Source of the DNA: Chrysomallon squamiferum
Taxonomy: Eukaryota; Animalia; Mollusca
Assembly: GCA_012295275.1 (NCBI GenBank)
Contig: CM022670.1
Location: forward strand, 6,014,001-6,078,000
DNA length: 64,000 nucleotides
Reading direction: 5' to 3'
A program made the translations under genes and the position numbers. The notes below the pieces were generated by a model that was not told the origin of the DNA, searched no databases, and was given only the letters and a program-made list of their open reading frames with translations. Below are positions 26,501 to 64,000 of the stretch, one piece after another. Each line of letters opens with the position of its first letter. Position 1 is the stretch's first letter.

Positions 26501-28404
26501 TTTATGTTTATTCTATTTTTTTTTTTTTTTTTTTGATTGTTTAACGTATCATATATTCCTAAATCTATTTAAAAAAATTAATGTTATTTTTTGGTATATT
26601 ATATTACAAGGTATAGCAAAAAGGTATTCAAATTTTATTCACTGGTTTACTTTACAAAAGTAAGTTCAAGACTGAACAGATGACAAGCAAGTTCAGTTTA
26701 TTTCTGTCCATAATCAGCAAAGATAAAAAAAAAAAAAAATCAATTGTAGTAAGCCTGTTGCATTTGAACCCTTATTTCAAACAACAAAGAACACAACAAA
26801 ATTACGGTACATGTTTTAATTTCTCATGTTTACTTTCCATTCACTTTCAAAATATATTTTAATTCAAATCTAAAAAATATTTTATAAAACTTTTTCCATT
26901 AATACTGGAAAAGCACAAAAGTATACACTTAAAAACTTTAACACAGATATTATGAAAATAATCTATAAATTACAAGGTAACAAAATGAAATCCCTGTATT
27001 TCCTCCTGTCTGGTTTATGTGGGATGAAAGATCAATACACATACTCTTCCATCACTGATGAATTGTGTATCCAAAATAGATATACTTAAATGTACATATG
27101 AACTTTTTGAATGGTTAATTTATTAATGAAAAAATATGACTGAAAATAAGTAAAGAATGTGAGAATTTTTATTGTCTGTTTTTCAATTAAATATTTGAGA
27201 ATATGATTATTTATTAGGGATTTTATTTTTTATTTTTTTTTTACACAAATCAACCATCAAGTGTAATTCCAAAAATTAAAAAATGTTACATTATTTTAAT
27301 ATATTTATTTTTGTTATGTAAAATATAACTTTGTGTACATAACAGCTTATATTTTGGATGTAAAATGTATTACATGTGAATCAGCTCAAGTTTATTTCAA
27401 ATTATTTCTGAATTGAAGCACTATTAACAAATATTTTAATATGTTTATTTACACCGCTGTTACTAAATTAGCAATGTTTTACAGTTTCCTATTTCTAAAA
27501 TACAACAATTCTAAGATAAATTTGTTCTTGAAGATTTCAGACAACTGGAAATCAACTGGAAACATACCTGTAAAACACATTTTATTGAAGAAAAATAATT
27601 TAAAATTTAAACCCTATTTAAAAATCTATTTCACAACACTGTTATCATAGATTTAAAACTTTAACTTCACAAATGTAAGAATTGTGAAAATATAATTATT
27701 TTATCACAGTCATTCTAAAAGTATCACAAATTCAACATTTTATCACTTTTTAGGCAACTCTTGAGTTATCACAACTGTAAAAGTGTATCACAGATCAACT
27801 TAAGTAAAAAAAAAAAAGTGCAATAATACTGAATTCTCCTTGTTAACACTACAGACTCAAATGATGTCACCACAGTGAACAATATATTCTTTTTAAAGTA
27901 AGCTCACTAAAGCTGAAATATTGAAATACTACATACAGCTAATTTAACACTAATTACAACTTGATGGTCTTGAAACCACAGTAACTGGTTTTCTGTAACA
28001 GTATCAAAACAAACTGTTCAACAACATATAAAAATAAACAAAACAAGAAAATTGTTTAATCTTTGGCAAAGCTAAAAGTTAAATTTCAGATATTAAAAGA
28101 TTAAACATTTGTTTATTCTTTTGTGTCCTCAGATCTGAGTAAAAATAAAATAGAATATACATTAAATACATTATTAACACTCTCGCTCATTCTATGTCAC
28201 TCCATGATGATCTTCAAGTTGAATTGTTTATACATCCTGAACATCATTTGTGTTTTTTCTATATCATATACAAAGTTATGATATATACATCATGTTTATC
28301 ATCCAGCTACATTAAACATTAATTATTTATACACATTATAAATAAATAAACTACTTGTTATCAACTGTAAGAGTTTTTGAAAGTACAGAAAGTTTTAAAA
28401 GATG

Positions 28405-57688
<29,284 letters not shown>

Positions 57689-58332
57689 TTTTGCACGTGT
57701 TTATGCAGTTAGCTAGTTACTGGTGCAATCGTTGAATCCATTTGAGTACATAATTTCCTTCGGTTTTTTTTTTTTCCTGTAAAATTTTTCCTCGAGTCAT
57801 TTTATTAAAAATGTTTTATGGATACATTAAAATGAAATGAAACAAATTTGCCGTTTAATCAGCTGTAAGAATCGAGCCAACATATTCACCAGACGACATC
57901 GATAAACCAAACGATATTTTGCAAAGAACAACTTTTTCTTTATATTTCCATAACGTTGTCAAAGCCTGTTACAGTTTAAGAAAATATGTACATTTTCGGT
58001 TTGTTACATAATCAAGTAGGACTTCGTCAACATTATGCCAAGCAGACGCAAACTTGTAATTGAGGTTACTACAGAAGTTGCTGCTGTAAACATTTGACCA
58101 ACTGTCAAATCACTTGACACCTGGGAGAGCAAAACCGGGTAAAGCAACAGAGTACAATACAACAGTAGAACCAGTCTATTTTCAGTCGACTACCTTCATG
58201 GGATTAAATGGGCAAACTAAATCCCATGTTATCTGGTGTATACGGGAAAAAAACACAAACAAAACAAACAACTTTAAAAGACATTACAACAACATGACAA
58301 AACCAAATAATTTAACGAAGAAGAACAAGAAC

Positions 58333-58336
<4 letters not shown>

Positions 58337-58409
<73 letters not shown>
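58337..58409. repeat. (CT)n microsatellite
   Basis: Seen directly. Confidence 0.98.
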
Positions 58410-58413
<4 letters not shown>

Positions 58414-61230
58414 GTATGCATATGTATGTGTATTAATTTTAGTTGATTATAAAGATTCGTTTCCATTACGAGAGATTTTAATTCATACAAAATGTATGTT
58501 TACTGCAAGGGAAAAGCAGGAAAACTAATAATAAATATAAATAATGAACTTAGAAATGGTTGTATTGCTCAAATGCAACGAATCGAAGATTTAAACTGTC
58601 TCTGATGAAATGAAAACATATTCTAAATATATTCTGCATATTTTAAAGATTTTTTAAAAGATATATTTTTGTCATCTAACCTTAATTAATAACAAAGTAA
58701 AAAAAGAGCCCAGTTTAAAAATTATCTCAGCACCGCCATTTTACTGACGTGTGACGTCATAGCGTAGAAGACGTGCCAAATGTTTTTTTGTTGTTGTTTT
58801 TTTCAAATAAAAATACGTGATGGATTCACGGGTCTATTTTTAAGAACGTTAAACTGAATATTAAATGTCCATTAACAGTATGATTTTATCATATTTTGTT
58901 GTTAATGATGTTAATAATGTTTATTATTATTATTATTTTTCTTTCTTTCTTCATTTCATTTTATTTTATTATTTATTTTTTAAAGACTATTCGTTCTACC
59001 AAAGCTCCCTTTATGTAGGACTGTAAAATTTACAGTGTTTTCAAGACGTTTTTGTCATCGAGCTTTACAAGCATTAAAAAATATTTTTATAAAATTTCAG
59101 TGTTTGACATTTTAAGAATATTGTAAATTTACATCAGGATGCAAACTGAATCAACAAACTATTAATGTATGTTAGTCTGACTCTTCTATAAAGTCTATTA
59201 TTTATTAATACGTACAGCCTTATTTCATAGTTTTATTTCTTCTGCAAAATCAGTCAATAAATGTACTCAGTCTTCCAACAATTTTCTCTCAATTAATTAC
59301 GAGATCATACTATCTCTTGAATGAGTGTAATGAACATCTATCGTCCTTCTTTCACATACCATAAAATCAGGTAAAAACACCATCCACATTTAATAGCAAA
59401 TGTTCAGTGGCACCCCCTTTTGATATTGTGAATCTATTCAAATTTTTTACTCTAACCATAAAGCAACAACCCACCCATTAAGTCTGTATCAGTCTTCTAC
59501 TGGAACAATCTTAGTTTCATCATTAGACATAACTTTATATAGGGAATAACTGGCTACTGTTTCAAGATATCCGCTTTATACTGCAAAGGTTAGAACATCC
59601 CAATTCACCAAGGCTTTGCAGTATTAAATAACAAAAAAAACTAAATGAAACTGTTTTATTTCTCAACTCACAGCTCTTGACAGTAGTAGACTCAGTCATG
59701 TTGATTTTGTTGTCGTTGTTATACATCAAAACAATATAATTCTTAAATAACATCATTTATTCGCTTTTGTTTTTTAATGAAAACTGTTTTCAAATTATTT
59801 TTTCAAATATTTAAACCAACAATTAAACACTAAAGCAGTAACAGTGAATAAATATGTAAACAAAATGCAATTTACAATTCTGTCCTAAAAATGTACATTT
59901 CTGGTCAGGGCCCCAAAATTTAAAAATTTGTCTAGTCAAATCTTGCCTCTACATACAGTGACTGCAGGTTAATAATATATATTCTTCTTCTAAAAATAAT
60001 GTTGAATGGCATTCAGTATTACAAAATAATATAACTTTATTGTATCAAAATATTAATAATCTAAGAAAACAATTCGACAAATGTAGTTGTTTCCATTACA
60101 ACGATTTCAATGATCAAAAATACAAATGAACACATCAGACTGAGTTAATCAGTTGGGCGATTGGACACATTAACATGGAGACTGTCTTGTCACAGATTCA
60201 AAGATGTCCAGGGCAGACACTCACTTAGAAAAGTTTTTACTGATTTGTAACCACTGTTATATATTCAGTGTGCTAGGCAAGCTTGTCTCCTCAATGAAAG
60301 TCCTACAAAATGTTTACAACCCAGTGTTGGGTTTCTATTTCTGAAAAGCTTCAGCTGTAATTATTACAATAACTAATAAGTTTATATTATTACTTTTTAA
60401 ATTTATAAAAGTTTCATTGATAGGTTTGTTAATGCTTACATGCAGATATTTATAATATACAGAAAATAAAGACACAAAAACCTTTATTTGATCTCAGAGA
60501 TCATGAACCTATTTTTGTAGGATTTGTTGACTATATAGGTATTTTATGAATTTTAAGTGATAAAGTAATAAAGATACTGCTTTAGAAGTGTATTAATCTG
60601 TATCTGTTAAATTCAGTTTCACTGTTTATTTTTCATTATTTGTTTTATATCTTAAAAAAGATTTAGCTTGCATCCTGTCCAAACCTTGCTGGATAGATGG
60701 TTCAGTACCCGACGTCTGTTGTTAAATCTGTTATAAATGTGATAAAGGTATAAAAGAGAATCCACACAACTGATTTCTTTTTTTATATGCAGCAAGGTAT
60801 ATATTATGTTTATTTTGTAATATAGAAAAGCTTGCATGATAACATACACATGCACAAAACAATCTTTTATAAACTAGCTGTTAGAAATGTCCAGAATCGA
60901 GAACACTGAAGAGGAGTGTTCCTGTAAATGATTACACTACACCACCACACTTCATTCACTAAACAACAGTGTATCATTACTTCAGCTGATGATGACGATG
61001 ATGACTGTAAAGGATTGTTCCTATAATCAATAATACACCATCATATATTTTTAAAAATCAGATGATGATGATGATATCAGCAACAAAACTAAATCTTTCA
61101 CAGCATTGCATTTATTTTTGAAACATTCACTCTATGTGCATTTATTCAGACTCTACTAAGTATTATTCATTCCATGTAAAAATCAGCACAGTTAAAAAAA
61201 AGTAGAAACACGACAATCAATTGTTATCAG

Positions 61231-62157
61231 TCAAACAGAGGACTTTGAAAATGTTTTCTTCTTCTTTGCCTGTCTTCTTCTTGAACTGTTTCTACCCATT
61301 TTCTTCATTGTAAATGTTATACACTGAAAAATCAAAGCTAAACTATTAGTTTACAAGATATTTTAAAGTTTTATTCTTGTAAAAAATAAATTATCAATTG
61401 TTTTTGTTTTTATGAAGAATTAATAAGACTGTACATATAATGGATTAAAGTTCAGTGCAGTGCTGATATTTTAGTCATTCAACATGTAACTAACATTCAG
61501 GTTATCCACACACAGGTTAGCAAACATCACTGTGTAGCAAAACACAAACAAAAATTAAAAAAGCTTAAGAGTACATTCTATGATATACCATCTTTATTCA
61601 TGTAATTTTAGCAAGCACATTTTAGTCTGCTTGTTACTGTAACTGAAAGGCTAATTTCATCTTTTCTTAGAATAATATATTCTCTGTTACTAAATTCCAC
61701 CTGCAGTAATGAACAACATTTTTCTAATCTAGGTAACTGATTTTTTATTTACGATAATAAAATGATGTAATCATTTTTAAGTTAATTAATTAAGATATTG
61801 TGTTTTCTTTAAATTTACCTTTTCATCCAGAAAATCCATCAACTTCTGCATAGAGCATTTAATTCCTCCTTCTGTGATTTTGGATTTCAACCAGTCAAGT
61901 TCTAGAGGCTGCAACAAAAACATTTCTTTATCATCAACCATTAGTTCACTAATTTATACAAGAAAAACATTTCTTTATCATCAACCATTAGTTCACTAAT
62001 TTATATAAGAAAAAACATTTCTTTATCATCAACCATTAGTTCACTAATTTATATAACAAAATATTTCATTATCAACTACTGTATTTATCAAACAATCAAT
62101 GTTAATAATCCATTATTTAAGTTTGTTTATTAAATTTATAAATTGTTAACATCTGTT

Positions 62158-62189
<32 letters not shown>

Positions 62190-63493
62190 CACACTATGTT
62201 CTAAAGCAGTGGTTAAAAATGCAATCAGTAATTTTTTGCCATAATTAATAAAAACCCAGATTTGCCTATATTAAATATAAATTAATAATAACCAGTCAGT
62301 GACCATGCTTGCATAGAAAATATACATATTTTTTACAATTTTATTTGTACAGATGATTAGCTACTGATGGATTCTGGTTTAAAAAATATTTTTTGTGACG
62401 TATTAACTATTTCATGATGTGATTATTTCAAATGCAGTTTTACCTCATAAATCAACATCATGGTGTGAATGTCCCGATTGTCTGAGATAAACTTCATCAA
62501 CTGAGCATGTAATTCAGGCTTGTTAGTCTGTAAATAAACACTTTGTTTATTTTCTTCCAATTTAAATAAAAAAAAATAAAAAAACATATGCTTCATGATT
62601 TACAGATTTGACAAAATATTTATCTTATGATGCATTTCATTAGTCATTTTATCATTTCAAACACAATCCCAATACATTTAAGGCTGAAAGGATTTAGAGT
62701 TTATCATTTATTCCTGATTTAAAATATTAAATACACATTTTACCTGTTGTGAAGCAGAAATTTCTTCATCATCAATAAGAAAACTTTCCTCTGGCACATC
62801 ACTAGAAACACAACTAAAAATAATTTTAAATGAGAAACCACGAAATCAATTTTCAGACCATTTTTAAAATTTATAAACAACATGGTTTATTCACATTCTA
62901 CATTGCACAGAAATTTAACTAGGTGGTATAAACATATATTTTATAATTAAAAAACAAAGAATAAAATTAAGAGAATTAATAAACAGTCTACTGTCTCACA
63001 TAGACACTTTTGTTTTGTGTGATGAAAAAAAAATGTTTGCCACTTTATATCTGTCTCAGCACCTGTTGTGTTTGTTTTCTATCAGTGGTAACAATCAGCT
63101 ACTGATATTTTCTATTACTGTAATATAAAAAACAATATGTCTGACAGTTATTATAAAAACTGGGTTAAATGTTATTACATGAATATTCACCTGTTTGTTG
63201 ATTCCTGTGATGACGACACAGAAAAATCTTCAGACAATTGGTGTAAATTTTTCTGTGAAACTTTCTTTTCTTCACCCGTTTCTTTAACATCACTTTCTCA
63301 ACTTCTTTAGTTTTTGTTTTTGCAGGAATTTTCTTTTTTTTCACTTTATCTTTACCGTCTATGTTTTTTGCTGTTTTCAATGTTTTGTTTTTAAGAGTTT
63401 GTTTTACTCCAGCAGACTCAGTCTGTTTAGGAAGTGTGACTGAAACAGGTTGTTCAGTCATTGACTCTGGATCACAATCACTGTCAGTTTCAT
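61231..63493 (-). CDS. SLX4: Structure-specific endonuclease scaffold SLX4, C-terminal exons incl. SLX1-binding domain (5'-partial)
   Basis: Exons are 63493-63191, 62801-62744 (alternative acceptor 62813), 62527-62444, 61908-61819 and 61323-61231 (TGA). Translation ..DDEEISASQQTNKPELHAQLMKFISDNRDIHTMMLIYEPLELDWLKSKITEGGIKCSMQKLMDFLDEKCITFTMKKMGRNSSRRRQAKKKK.. matches the SLX4 SBD pattern (YxPxEL..L..GI..LxDFLD..CITF) followed by a basic tail. The upstream exon contains an apparent frameshift. Confidence 0.85.
61914..62077. repeat. 47-48-bp tandem repeat (3+ copies) abutting an SLX4 acceptor
   Basis: aaaaacatttctttatcatcaaccattagttcactaatttata occurs three times. Confidence 0.95.
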
Positions 63494-64000
63494 CTGTGAA
63501 ATAAAATTTGTTTTATGAAGATAATTATCTTTATTTTAATTGTAATAAATTACATATGCAAACACACAAACACAAATCAACATGTACTGCCATTCTAAGA
63601 GGGCTCTGTAAATAAACAGCTACTACTTTTTGAGTTTGTTTGATTGTGTGATGATTATTTTAAATTTATTGAATAGGCACGTGTAAGTATGAACTAAACA
63701 GTTAAACAGATCTAAGCACAAAATTGCAGACAAACTAAGAGAGAATTGCAAGACAGAGAAGTTTGGTTTAAGTAACAAAACAGAACTGATCATTAGTTGA
63801 GGTAGAAATAGTACAAATGGAATGAACAGACAGATTGACTGTCATACAAATATGTGTACCACTGTTAAATTGATAAATCATCGTATCTACACAAACACTT
63901 TTTATTAATTTTTATTAAATTTAAACTAAACATTTAAAATAACTGAGATAGTAAAACATTACATAAAGATTCAATCTGAACCACTTAACTATACTTTCAT

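Noticed and set aside
58197-58228. 9-bp hairpin catgggatt..aatcccatg
   Set aside because: Too short to exceed chance, and it matches no RNA family.
63062-63117. Candidate small exon that might rescue the SLX4 frame
   Set aside because: It has stops in all three phases.

Overview
This is AT-rich, intron-dense animal DNA, probably a lophotrochozoan or mollusc-like invertebrate (a guess from composition and gene style). The ORF track is mostly noise; the genes were rebuilt by hand, joining exons in phase at GT-AG sites. There are three genes. (1) C2CD3, a distal centriole protein, on + at 886-22809: 44 visible coding exons, ~2,680 aa, start codon upstream of the window. (2) A very long IQCM-like gene on - at 57688-28405: 34 exons, ~1,457 aa, with three IQ motifs and an IQCM-like C-terminus. 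(3) The 3' end of SLX4 on - at 63493-61231, with the SLX1-binding domain and an apparent 1-nt frameshift in one exon. The most distinctive pattern is that nine unrelated tandem duplications span authentic exon/intron junctions of C2CD3 and IQCM, and several more abut junctions, including one in SLX4. They create stacks of decoy 5' or 3' splice sites. One array folds each decoy donor into a hairpin with a U1-like UUACCU arm. The 6-kb IQCM intron also holds a candidate alternative terminal exon with an AATAAA-bearing array and a candidate internal first exon. No prokaryotic systems, CRISPR arrays or structural RNA genes are supported. All homology calls are from memory of the families, not from database searches.
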